NCBI GenBank assembly: GCA_965235115.1 | Contig: OZ249436.1 | Location: 19,904,001 to 19,968,000, forward strand | Source: Laetmonice hystrix | Taxonomy: Eukaryota | Length of the DNA stretch: 64,000 nucleotides | Direction: 5' to 3' | Position numbers and translations under genes: made by a program | The notes under the pieces: model-generated | The model's database searches: none | Told to the model about the DNA's origin: nothing | Seen by the model: only the letters and a program-made list of their open reading frames with translations | Shown: positions 34,088 through 45,560 of the stretch, in pieces | How the letters are laid out: every line of letters starts with the position of its first letter | Numbering within the stretch: position 1 is the first letter of the stretch

Positions 34088-37000
34088 CTGAAACCAGATG
34101 AAGAAGTATCAGTATCTGGTAGCCGCGGTTTTGAACTGCACATTAAAGAAGAATGGGCACTAAATAAATACTTTCATTTCAATCATGGAAATGCTTGACC
34201 AAACTACTAAACCGCAATGTCTTGCCTCAGGCATGCGACCTACAAATGAGGGTAAACATCCCACAGGATAGGGTATAGCTTCATGGCAGATCTGATGGCA
34301 CTATGAAAAAATTTAATTATGGTTCATCCTGTCATATATTTCAGTGAAAATCAGATTCTATGTGGCTACGCGTTTTCTTGTAATCAGCTTCAAGTGCGTT
34401 GTACAAATGTACACAAGATCACAGACTCAAAATTCTTGCGCCAGTATTCTATAGTCAAAAAGTCTCTCATCTTTCTGGACTGCCGGTATTTCCCGGCACC
34501 TGCCACAAGTGTTACGGATACATCCTTACATATCTTTCACTTCATGCATAATAATATATTTCCTCTCCTTAATGTTATAGTTCCTTAATACTGAACTATA
34601 TTATATATATTCCCTAGTTGGAGGCATATTGTATATTTTAGTATTTTGTAAGGGTTTGGAGAAAAGCTGTCATAATATTCAGGGTGCTTAATGTCACCAA
34701 TGACACCTATTGTGTTACATGGCTAGCCGGTAAATGCCACTGTGGCTGGTCTACCTGTGAAGGCCTGCCAAGGTTCTGTCAGCTTCTGAGTGTGAAAGCT
34801 GTTAAAGCCAAACCCCTGAATAGTTTGTTAATCCTTTGTTTAACCTCAACAAGGATATATAGAGAGTCCCCAAAGTGATGTGGGGGAGAGAATTGTATTT
34901 ATCGTTGCAACTGTACCTCTGGAGGGTAGGGTGGATATCCCCCTACAATAAAGCGCATATTGGAATACCACAGCTACAAGTCTACAAGTCTTCACTACAA
35001 CTCAACATTCAAGTTGTAACACAAGCTACTCGTCATAACTCATCCAATGATGGATGTGCATGGCTCAATGGGTTCCCCTACTTGTCTGGCACAGGAAAAT
35101 TTGTTTGACTACCATATTTTGCTGCCCAAAAGACGCTCAAGTAAACTGTTCGGGTGTGCTAAGAATATACTGTGAAATATAGAGATTGGTGACCAGAGCT
35201 GTTACCATATAGTTAATATTTCAGCCTTTTCTTTACTCTTCAATCATTAATTACCTGCATGCATTATTCCTCGCGAACGTACCTTTGAACACCCACAACA
35301 CTATGTAACGTAAACGTGCTGCCACATAAAAAATGATCTGATATCAACCGAACCAACAAAAAAGTGAAGAAAGAAGGCCCTTGATATGCTTGGGATATCC
35401 AGGATTAGTATAGCCTATTAGGTGACGAGATCGAGCGTTGTAGCGAGTTCTGTAAGGACCATTTCATTACTGCCCAAACAGATGTTGCGCATCTGCTTCT
35501 GGACATTTGAGCCCTTTTTATTGTAGCCTAGGCAAACTAAAGTATTTTTAAGCTTTTCTGTAAAACTATGACACCTAGAGATAACGTTAAGAAACACAGT
35601 TTTAGGCTTTTAGGGGTAATATCCTGGCCAAGAAATCGAGCAAGGCTGGAACCAGCAGGCTGGTCAGAGACAGAGTGCATGGGGTTAGGCATTGGAAATG
35701 CCAGGTGGTCCTCTTGATAATTCTTTTATTACAGTAATATCCTATTTTCTCCATTATCACACTGGTTCTGTCTTATCCTAGCTGCACAGAAACATGTAAT
35801 CTTACCAGATTTAACTGAAACACCATTTATATACCCGCAATTCTTGCGAATTTTGGCGAGCAAACTGTGCCCCATAATTGGCTGTGAAAAACGCGTGCTG
35901 CGTTTTTGTAGTGTTTACAATCATCCACTCATGAAAATGCGACGTCATACACAGTTTCTCTTCAAGCCAGGCACTCTCGCTCAGGTTGCACATGGACGGG
36001 AAGGGCTTTCCCAACCAACATTTATAAACATCATGCCGTGTCCACGTACAACTGAATCAATGAAGAAACGTAAGAAGTTCGCTCGGGCTCAGAGTAGATC
36101 AAAACCCTGAGTTTATATCGGGTCTGCTTTTGATCGCTGGTTGCATTTACGGGAAGTCTGGGCTTTCGAGCAGCTAACAATGCTTTCAGTGCTTCTACAG
36201 CTGCTAAAAACGTTGGGGCCCAGGTACAACGGGAGATTGCAAACGGTGAAACCCTTCCATTCTGGATTGTCAACAGCAAAAAATATCACCCTTGGAGGCC
36301 CACTCGTCCCCACTCCTGTCTACATAATGTGAATGCGACAGATGTAATTCATTGTAATATAAAATACGAGATAAATCTACTTCTGTTGGGTGATTGCTAT
36401 GAATGGCTCGCTGAAATTCACGTGAGGGAATTCCATTCTTCCAGTTCAAATCCAATGGCGGTGGAATCATGGCATGTTTTACTTTCTATTGGTCGCGATT
36501 TTCTGTGTCCCTATTGGACATTGCAAATATTTGTACACGTCTTTGGTAACATGCAGGAAGTAATATAAGAAAATCGCTAAAATTCTCCTACATTCAACGC
36601 TATTATATTGCTTTAAAGCTCAAGTTACTCCAGAACTTCACAGGACTGTAGGTAACAAGCTTGTTCACCCTATATTATTTTGAATTAATCATGCACATTT
36701 AAGTTTCAATCTAAAAATTAAAACATCATTATAGAATGTTGTCACTGAAATTTCTTTTTAGTATAACTTAAACTACTTCCTCCAAACATACTCGGAGCAA
36801 TACTCTATACATACATAGATTGGCCAGCTTGGGTAAAACAGTAGCATCTGAGAATATCAGAGATTATCATACCTAAAATTTACACCTTAAATTTGATGGT
36901 AGCAAACTGAGAAAAAAGCACAAATTTTATTAATTTTTGTGTGTTTTATTGGTTTCATTTATTAAGTTAACAAATTACTGTAAATCTGCACAAGCATAGC

Positions 37001-37166
37001 CGTCATTTATTCAAAATGAGCTCCTCATACATATTTCAAGCCTCAAGTCGGGTTTTGATCAATACAACTTCAACTCTATCTGATGATTGGTAGCCCATCA
37101 GAGGAGGGGTTTGCATAGCTTGTGCTGTCACCCAGTTAAGGAGGCATCTTTTAACACATTATCCTT

Positions 37167-37691
37167 TCATCTGTGATGTTTACCTTGATATGCTTTCACA
37201 ACACACTGCCACGCATTTTTAACGACTTGTAGTTCCTCTGGTCCTAATGCCATTGTTTCCAGAGGGAAGTCATTGGTATCATAGGGACAATTCCTCATAA
37301 GCATCCCAACGTAAGCAGGCCAGTTCTGGGGTGCACGGTTTGCCGGTTTGCCACAACCGTAAAATGTTCTATGATATTGTTCGCGGCTTATACCGTATCG
37401 TTCTAGTGCTTGCTGCTGGATTCTCTCTGGCAAGCACTTGTAGAAGACCTTGTCTCTACCTGATCGTTGGTAAAACTCACCAACATAATACTTGCTACTG
37501 GAAGTTCGTGTCATTGCATACATAGCATCGATAACACGACTGACACATGTATTCTTCCACCGAGCTAGAAAGCGTGGAATGACAACGCAACCACCAGATT
37601 CGAGGATGGAGATTTGCAGTTCAAACTCTGTGTTCTCATCCACCAGTCGATCAGGCAAACTCTCATCGTCACTCTGGGGCTGCAGACCCAT
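37167..37691 (-). CDS. Alternative terminal exon V3, orphan 174-aa domain
   Basis: Strong acceptor tttccatttccctccag|ATG, phase 0; 174-aa open frame with globular composition; AATAAA downstream (plus-strand tttatt near 37006 and 36945). Confidence 0.7.
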   Translation of the reverse strand: MGLQPQSDDESLPDRLVDENTEFELQISILESGGCVVIPRFLARWKNTCVSRVIDAMYAMTRTSSSKYYVGEFYQRSGRDKVFYKCLPERIQQQALERYGISREQYHRTFYGCGKPANRAPQNWPAYVGMLMRNCPYDTNDFPLETMALGPEELQVVKNAWQCVVKAYQGKHHR

Positions 37692-37997
37692 CTGGAGGGA
37701 AATGGAAAGCCAATGTTAGCAGAGTGACGGAATCTCACTTCCATGTTTCCATCTTCCTTATCTCTTCATCACGTTTGGATCTCTATGGCTGTAACTTGTA
37801 GGATCAGACATGTCCTGTCCAACACTGCATATCTAATGTGATGTTACAAAAAGTACATAGAACTTTCTTTTTTAGCTAGCATTTTAAGATTCAATGTTCA
37901 ACAGTGGGATTACAGAATTCCGAATCATCTTCCCAAGAGCCACTCGGACTCATGCTAAATCAATTCATTTTGAAGGGCATAGTGGTACTGTGAAATG

Positions 37998-38288
37998 TTA
38001 TGTGAATGAATGAAAGTTCAAGCTTTGATTCTGCACTGATATGTTTCGCTGCAGTTTCCAACAAAGGCAATAAACTACAGCAATAGACATACCAACACTA
38101 TGTCCTTTTGCAGGTTCTCCTACTTTCCGTTTTCGATGATATCGGAAGCGATGCACATTGAGAGCATTACGGTTCTTGCACACCTTACCACACTCTAGAC
38201 AAGGCTGTGGGTAATGAACCACTCGAATGTGCCTCTGCAGCGCCCAAGCACTAAAGTCCCTCCCACACATGGGACACTGCTGGGTCAT
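37998..38288 (-). CDS. Alternative terminal exon V2, 2 C2H2 zinc fingers
   Basis: Acceptor gtttctattgccag|ATG, phase 0; CPMC..HIRVVH and CLEC..HRFRYH. Confidence 0.8.
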   Translation of the reverse strand: MTQQCPMCGRDFSAWALQRHIRVVHYPQPCLECGKVCKNRNALNVHRFRYHRKRKVGEPAKGHSVGMSIAVVYCLCWKLQRNISVQNQSLNFHSFT

Positions 38289-38804
38289 CTGGCAATAGAA
38301 ACACAGCAATATAAAGTCTCAATTTTTGAAAGCCCACCCATACAAATCTACCTTAACTAAAGCAACCAATCATATCACCTCGTTTGCCATTTATTCAAAA
38401 TTCATATAATAGTACTGCTTTAGAGACAAGCATATGTATACCGGTATCAACTCGATAAAGTGCTCACTAAATACCTCCAAAAACCTCGAGCCCGAAGCTT
38501 CACGCGATGAAACTGAAACATTCCTAGGGAGTTACCCAGGAAAAATTCAATGCGGGTCAGTCGTATTTTTCTCATTTTGAAGCCAGGAAATATTTATAAA
38601 ATCTTTCTACCCCCATCGTTGTTAGTACCATAGGAAGGAACGAACATGAGAAGTTATTATGTACACACATCCGATGATGGGCCTAATAAAAATTCCTGCT
38701 GGGCAGCACTTGAACCTTTTGGGCCTTGTGCCGGGTGGCTGGATTGGCTTTACAAAAGTTCAGCTAATACTGGTTTTTATATCCATTCATAGGCAGATCT
38801 GATC

Positions 38805-39005
38805 CTATGAGCCAGGAGAGCCACACACGCTTGGTTTGATGCGATGCTGATGAAAGCGATGTTCCCGCAGAGCCTTTGAATTCCTACAAGTCTTGCCACA
38901 ATGCGGACAGACTTTTGTCGTATGATAACCCGCGATGTGTTTCTGCATGTAGGAGGCACTTGTTAACACCTTACCACAGATCGCGCATTCGTTTCCATGC
39001 ATTAC
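38805..39005 (-). CDS. Alternative terminal exon V1, 2 C2H2 zinc fingers
   Basis: Acceptor gtttgctctgccag|GTA, phase 0; CAIC..HIAGYH and CPHC..HRFHQH; paralogous to V2. Confidence 0.8.
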   Translation of the reverse strand, partial: VMHGNECAICGKVLTSASYMQKHIAGYHTTKVCPHCGKTCRNSKALREHRFHQHRIKPSVCGSPGS

Positions 39006-41797
39006 CTGGCAGAGCAAACATGAAGACATGGCCTTGACTATAGACCTCAGCCTAAACATCCTCATAACCAATATCAGACAATGTAAATATTATAACTTAA
39101 ACAATGTCTAGACCACATTTGCAACTTTGACTTTGTGTGTGTTTAAAACTACGTGAAAATTGCCCCACCATCATGTGCCTGTTGCCTTTCGATCATATAA
39201 AATACCCGAGAGTGCGTGCGTACAAGGTCTTGTTATCCCTGGAGTAAACACTGAAGCACATCGCAAGGCATGTGCTTGCCTTCGACCGTTAAAGTCATGT
39301 CACTGAGAATGATGATCATTTTGCCACGTTTGTAAAATTATTTCAATGCAAAGGTGCATCAGAGAGACAGCAAAAGAAAAATAAAAAAGAACATCAAGAC
39401 CTATATCCTAAATGAGAGGTTGTACAACAAGGAATTCTTGACTAGTTACCTTGAGATTTACAAATAAAACAAGGCTCTGGGAAGGTATATTTAAACATAA
39501 GTTTAGCACTACTTTTGTCAAGTGCTGTTACATATTGCTGTACATGGTGGTTCATTATTTTTTCACATTCTTGCAGCAATATCCTTTCCGAAGAAAGTGA
39601 GAAGGAATCCATCAAGATTTAGTATTATTCAAATTAACATTCTCACTGGACAGTCCATGATTTCTTAGGTATAATGCTATGTCACAGAGTGCAAAGCACA
39701 AGATTTGTCAGGTTAATATGCAGGGAGCCACACCTTGCAATTTATTTTATATCTTTTTCTTTTTGTAAATTTCTTATAAAATTATTTCTAACTACTGACT
39801 AACTACATTCTTGGAATTTTGATTGATATTATAAAGTTTCCAAAATAAATAAAAAAAGATTAAGAAGCTGCCATCAAATTGAGCATCCACTGAATTTCCA
39901 ACCATTAGGCATTTATAAGCCTAAGAGTAGGCCACTGTTAGGATGTTACACTGGTCGCTATCACAACATTTGTGTCAAATTTTGTGTCAAAATTCTGTTA
40001 CCAGATATGGTTAGCACGCAGGACATTAAAGTGGAGCAGTGGAAGTGTTCAACTATCTCTATTAAAGTGTAATTTTATCTTAGATGCCAAGATAAGTTGC
40101 ATTGACAGCTTAAAATTCTTTAAACGAATGCTGTGTATACGAAATAAACTCATTTCCGGGAACTTTAATTTGGGGTAAATATATTTGCAACATTCTAGTT
40201 CAGGGTTTTCATCACACGTACAGCAGTCTTTCAGGAACATTGAGATCAGACAAAATGTCTAATGTTGAAATGCTTGTTTAAAAATATACATCCACAGTCA
40301 CAGAGGAAACCTTTTCTGGTATGTAAATGAAATACCGGTATGTACACTGGACATTGCAAATAAATGCTAATGAAGTAATGTCTGACGGTCTGATGACTTT
40401 TCACTCAGACTGTGACAACATTTGTAACAATTCATTATTCTAAGTCAAACTTCCAATGTCAATTTATAAAGAGTTGTCTCACAATTAATTGCTATGACAA
40501 ATCTTAGGAAAAGCTGAAATATTCAGTCAGATAAAAAAAGCACTACTGAATGACAAAAACACCTACATGTAAATAACCTATAAATTTTAACAAACGCTAA
40601 TTTGCTGTTGTGAATTATATGTTCTAAACTGAGGAAAAAAGGGCAACTGATAGCGGCAATAGCCATCGTCATGTGATGTCAAAATCCATGACAGCAGATA
40701 ATTTCATATACATGAAACATAATAGAATTCCAGTAACCTGACTGAATGCCATTTTTATTTAATCGGCATTTTTAAATATTTGTTTTAAAAACAAACTACC
40801 AGTACCTTCTGAACCTGTGAACCAATTCCTCATTTACTGCGTGCCATGTACTGGAGTTCTTCTATGAATTCATTTTGGTTTAATCAGACAACCACTTTCA
40901 ATTTACTAAGTACTGTAATGACTATCTTTTCAGGATAGCATAAGTAATCCAGTTGTTCCAGATAGGAAAGGTCAGAAGGTAGGTTTGCTGAAGTGAACTT
41001 GGCTCAACCACAAATAAATTTAAAAATCTATAGATCTAAACCATGGACTTCGTATTTTGTACTGTAAATAGTGTCAATTATTTCCAAAGATTGTATGTAG
41101 CCAAAATTTGAATTCACTTCAACAAACGTGATAAGGTTCAGTAATTATACCACCCAAGAAATTAGAGAGCAATTTGCAAGTCTTGCACATCTAGATGTAG
41201 TCAGCAGACTATCAGCATTTTTGTCAAGTTTGTGCGATGAATGCTCGGTTGCCAGAAATAATGCAGTTACCATTCCAGGCATGGATTTGGTCAATCTAAA
41301 ATTCCACAACTTTTCAGGCTTTTCCCGACATGTACAATCTATTTTCAGACATACATGCGAGTTTAAGGCAGAATTTGATGGAGTGGGCCTGCCAAATGCA
41401 TATGGCTTGGTAGCACCTTTCAAATCAAACTGACAAATCTTTATTTTAGAGATTCAGCAATGCTTACAGTGACACTACTGTGCCTACACAGTGGTGTGAA
41501 GTCGGGTACCTTTTTAGGGTATATTCAGGTTTGATGTTCTTATTCTTAAACTTTACAAAGTTGTGGGCCAGGAGAGTCATGTAATTTTGAGGCAGGCAAA
41601 ACATTATTTTAAAACAGCATTTGCAATTTTTTGATGGCTGTTTTATTTTCCATGATTGCCAGATCTGGATTTAACTGAAAATAACTTTGCTTTTTTTTTT
41701 TAAAGATACCAGTTTTAAATTGTTGGATTGTATGACACTACCATTATCACTCTGTAACTTGAAGGGTGGCAAGGTTTATCAGGATAAGATTACCCAC

Positions 41798-42382
41798 CTG
41801 TGATGTAGAACTCATGGCCGCACTGAGCATGGCTGGACTAGCTGCAAATGACTGGGCTGCTGTGGCCGGCCAATTAACTGTTTGGTCTTGGTCCCACTGT
41901 GAACAACCTGGTGCTCCTGGATCGCCCTGCATGTATTGAGCCTCTGGTTGCATTTGGTCAAAGTCGCCTCCGCCGGAGTCGCCATAGAACTCAGCTGCCA
42001 CTTCAGAGTCTGTGACTTCTTCCTTGATAACGATCACGTCACCGGTGTCTTCATGTGGCACATCAGAGCCTAAAGCTGCCTTCTTTGCTGGGGAGTCTGG
42101 GTAGTCACCATTACTACGGCGCCTGCGCCGCCGTGAGGACCCTCCCGGAGATTTAACTGGGGTTTCCGGTGTTGGGCTTTTAGGCTCCTCTGGTGGTGGC
42201 CTTTCAGCTTTCTTGATGGTTTCTTTAATGTTGACCAAAAATATATCCTCATCATCAAGGGTGATGCCCAGCAAACCTTCAATGGTAAAATTGTAGTGAT
42301 ACCCAAGACCATTTTTGCAGAGGACTGTGATTGCCTCTGTGAGGAGGGCCTTGATTCGCTGCTGTTCAGTCTTGAGAACCAT
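41798..42382 (-). CDS. Constant (common) coding exon: N-terminal globular domain plus disordered linker with NLS and IKEE motif
   Basis: Acceptor ctttctttcactccag| at 42400; ATG at 42382 (MVLKTEQQRIKALLTEAITVLCKNGL...EGLLGITLDDEDIFLVNIKE); no stop before donor CAG|GTGGGT at 41798/41797, phase 0 (195 codons). Confidence 0.85.
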
Positions 42383-43526
42383 GATGCCACTTGGAATGTT
42401 CTGGAGTGAAAGAAAGGTCACATGGAACCTACACGTTTCCAGAGTTGTATACCAGGTCTATCTTGTTTCTGATTGTAATCAGACACAAGGTTCATGTCCT
42501 GCATAGGGTCCCTAGTTAAATTAAATCCCACAAAAGGTTTATACATTACATTTCAAATTTCTGGATGATACTTTTTTGTAGCTAAGTTCTGTGAAGCTCT
42601 GCAGACATAAAAAAAAGATAGTCCTTTTTGTCCAACTTTTCAGGGAATCCCGAGGGATACGAGCCAATAAAACAAATAGCTGTAAGTGTATCTGCACCTG
42701 GCACTAAACAGATCGGCATTATCTCAGAAATTTGTTAAATAGCTGATGTGAAATGAGATCCCTGCGTTTGAGAGTTCAGCAAACATGTTTTGGCCTATTT
42801 TCCAAGCTCTTGCCTATTTTCTAGATGTTTCATGCATAAAAATAAGGTGCCCAGTGGTTATTCTGCCAGCGTATGGATGGGTCATGTGACTCAGGGCTCT
42901 CGATGACCCGAGGTCTCGGGTCAAATACGCACGAAGTGTGTAGTCTGATGCACAATAAAAACCAGCAGGAGTCAGTGCGACGCACGGAGATTCCCCCAAT
43001 TTTGACCCCCAGTTGAAAAATGATGCATTAACTATAATCATCTGGAGGTAAGCCAGGGTAAGCTACAGTCGTACAGATGACATTAAGGTGCAACCATGTT
43101 TATCTATTGACAGGATATGCAGGTGAGAGGTAAGCTGGACTAGAGAATGGTATGTTGGGTTACAACCCTCCACCGCAAAAGGCATGCATAATGACTGAAA
43201 TAAATAAAAACGCTCTCGTCGAGTGGCCAATTTCATTATCTACATATGAGCACACTCAACAACACGTTGACTACGAGTTTAGATTAGACAAAAATACTTG
43301 CATGCATTTGACTCTTCAAAGTTGTGAACTGACCATGCTTGACCCCTGACTTTTGAGGTTTGACCCCCCCAAAAAATAGACAGAAGTCTCTGACCCTTCT
43401 ACTGAAAACTCCAGTGAGAGCCCTGTGACTGCAATACTGGATTCTTATTGAATGATGTCTGATGGCAGAATCTAATTAGTGCCCAATTAACAACAATTTT
43501 GGGACGAAACTAACACTAACCCTAAA

Positions 43527-43736
43527 CAGGCCTGATTTTAAGATGCGAACGATCGTTTCGTTCGCGTGTCGTTCACCTAAAATGGAAAGGCCGAGAATGA
43601 AAATCCGTTCACCTTCAAATTTTGCAAGCCTGAGATTAACAGGCGAACGGTCGTTTCGTTCGCCTGTCGGTTACCTAAAATAAAAAACAGGAGAACGAAA
43701 AATGGGTTACGCAAATTTCCCTTAATTTCAGGCCTG
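43527..43736. mobile_element. MITE with CAGGCCTGA termini and 5-bp TSD
   Basis: CAGGCCTGATTTTAAG / CTTAATTTCAGGCCTG; CTAAA on both flanks. Confidence 0.6.
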
Positions 43737-44352
43737 CTAAACCCAAACATATTCTTTCGTGTCGTAATAAGTCAAACTAATTTACTTATTAAACACTGCA
43801 TAAAAATGCGACTGGGCTGCGACTGTTGGCAACAAACTGCGACCGGCTTTCTCGTGAGTCGCAGAGCCTTGCAATCGTGTCGCTGGAATTTTTAACATGT
43901 TCACAAATTTGTGTGCCAAATTTTCTTTCAAAATAGTCAGAGTCGTTGCAGGTGTCTCAAACCTGCCTCGAACCCTTCTCAATTTAATTTCCGTGATTCC
44001 GAAACTGCGAGAAATGTGAGACAATTTTGTGAGGGGTTGGCGACCTATGAAACTAAATTGTGACTGATTGGAGACAAAATTGTGAATCAATTGGGAATAA
44101 ATTGCAAACAATTTGCGACATAAGTAAGACACTTTGCGACTAAATTGCGACCAAAAAAACGCACCATATTCGCACGAATGTCATACGAATTTCGCAATTT
44201 ATTTGCAGTGCGACATACACAATGTGTCAATTCAGTGCGATTTCAAGTGAAAATTGTCGCTAATTTGCGCATTTTCTCTCAATTTTGTATAGATCTCTAA
44301 CTGGTCGAGAGCTGTCGCAGCCTAGTGAGATGCCTAGGATTAGACTACTAGT

Positions 44353-44570
44353 CAGTGGTGGATCCAGGGGGGTGTCGGCGACGTCCGGACCCCCCCCCCC
44401 CCATTCCATTTGCCAAATTATTTTTTTTTATAGACTCTCTACCCAAAAGGCTGAAAAGCAAAATGCCTTATTTATTGTTTTTACAACGGACCCCCCCCCC
44501 CCCCCCGATTTGCCCTTTTTATGCTGGAACCCCCTAGGACCCCCCTCCCCTGACCCTAGATCCGCCCCTG
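44353..44570 (+). mobile_element. Short dispersed MITE (CAGTGG..GATC / GATCCGCCCCTG family)
   Basis: Terminal inverted repeats, TSD CTAGT; inverted sister copy at 52511-52696. Confidence 0.7.
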
Positions 44571-44639
44571 CTAGTTACTCCTACTTTTTGGCAATTTTAT
44601 TTTGCCATCATTAATATTATGGCTATAGTCGGAGTATAG

Positions 44640-44960
44640 AGTCTATGGCTGGGGCGGTCCAGCGCGCATGAAATTGATGCATGATGCCGAGTGATGAACG
44701 CCTCAGCGTCCGCAGGTACTGCAAGACTTCATTTAAACAATCTTCCACCGGAATCTTGGTTTGATGTATTGTCTGCTAACATAGATTTTCTTTTTACTTA
44801 CCGCGTTATTATGCAACTCGGCCTAAATGTTTCTTGCACACCTCGGATAAGGCTCGCCGGCTCGTCCACAATGGTCGCTAATTGGGCAGTTCCCGGATGT
44901 TACGAGCGCGCGCACTTGTTCCCCAACCAGGCGCATAAGGTTGAGTACGACATCAGTGTA
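44640..44960 (-). promoter_or_regulatory. Candidate promoter / non-coding first exon of the multi-isoform gene
   Basis: Locally CpG-rich; strong minus-strand donor CGCG|GTAAGT at 44802/44801, upstream of the constant exon acceptor. Confidence 0.4.
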
Positions 44961-45529
44961 ATGCATACCCACTGACACTGGCAGAACTCTGAAGCCCAAC
45001 CAACTGGCAAGGGAGGTCCCACCCCTCAGTCAAACTCCTGATCAAATAAGACTAGCCTAGGCCAAGAAGGCAGAGTAAACCACACAACCAATAGAAATTC
45101 TTATAAAAGGAATTACTGACGTTAAAGCTCTAAAAATGTCTCAAATAATGTATAATTTTGTAATCATTCAAGTACGCCTGGTAGAAGTAGCACCAAATTG
45201 ACCTATATTGGATGCGATCAGGGGTGCGTTTCACAACCATCGTTATTTTCATAGACCTGAAGTATGCTCCACCCATGTAAGGCCTAGGCCTAGGGACAAT
45301 TTTAGGATGTAAACTAAGGTGCCCATAATAGGCCTAGGCCTATATTTCCTATAAATTCATATAGGCCCCCTATTTTTCTTGCCATCGTATAATTAACTCC
45401 TAATTTCTGTTCTAGCCTGGGCCTAGAGTCTATGACAATCTAAAAATATATGAAACTTTCATTGTGGAAATAGATTCCTCATTTATCAACCAGTGACGTA
45501 GCCACCATAGGGCGTACCCGCGGCGTACG

Positions 45530-45560
<31 letters not shown>

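Noticed and set aside
35811..36560. Short minus-strand ORFs that might be a decayed variable exon
   Set aside because: Fragments in different frames with multiple stops, no recognisable motif and no convincing acceptor.
40049..41429. Two minus-strand Cys-containing ORFs (DCCTCDENPE / DCTCREKPE) with slight mutual similarity as extra terminal exons
   Set aside because: Weak or absent acceptors, no zinc-finger spacing, and only ~35 bp of similarity; insufficient support.
42814..43041. ORF after a ctccag acceptor upstream of the constant exon
   Set aside because: No recognisable protein features, ends in a stop before the constant exon, and no matching donor identified.
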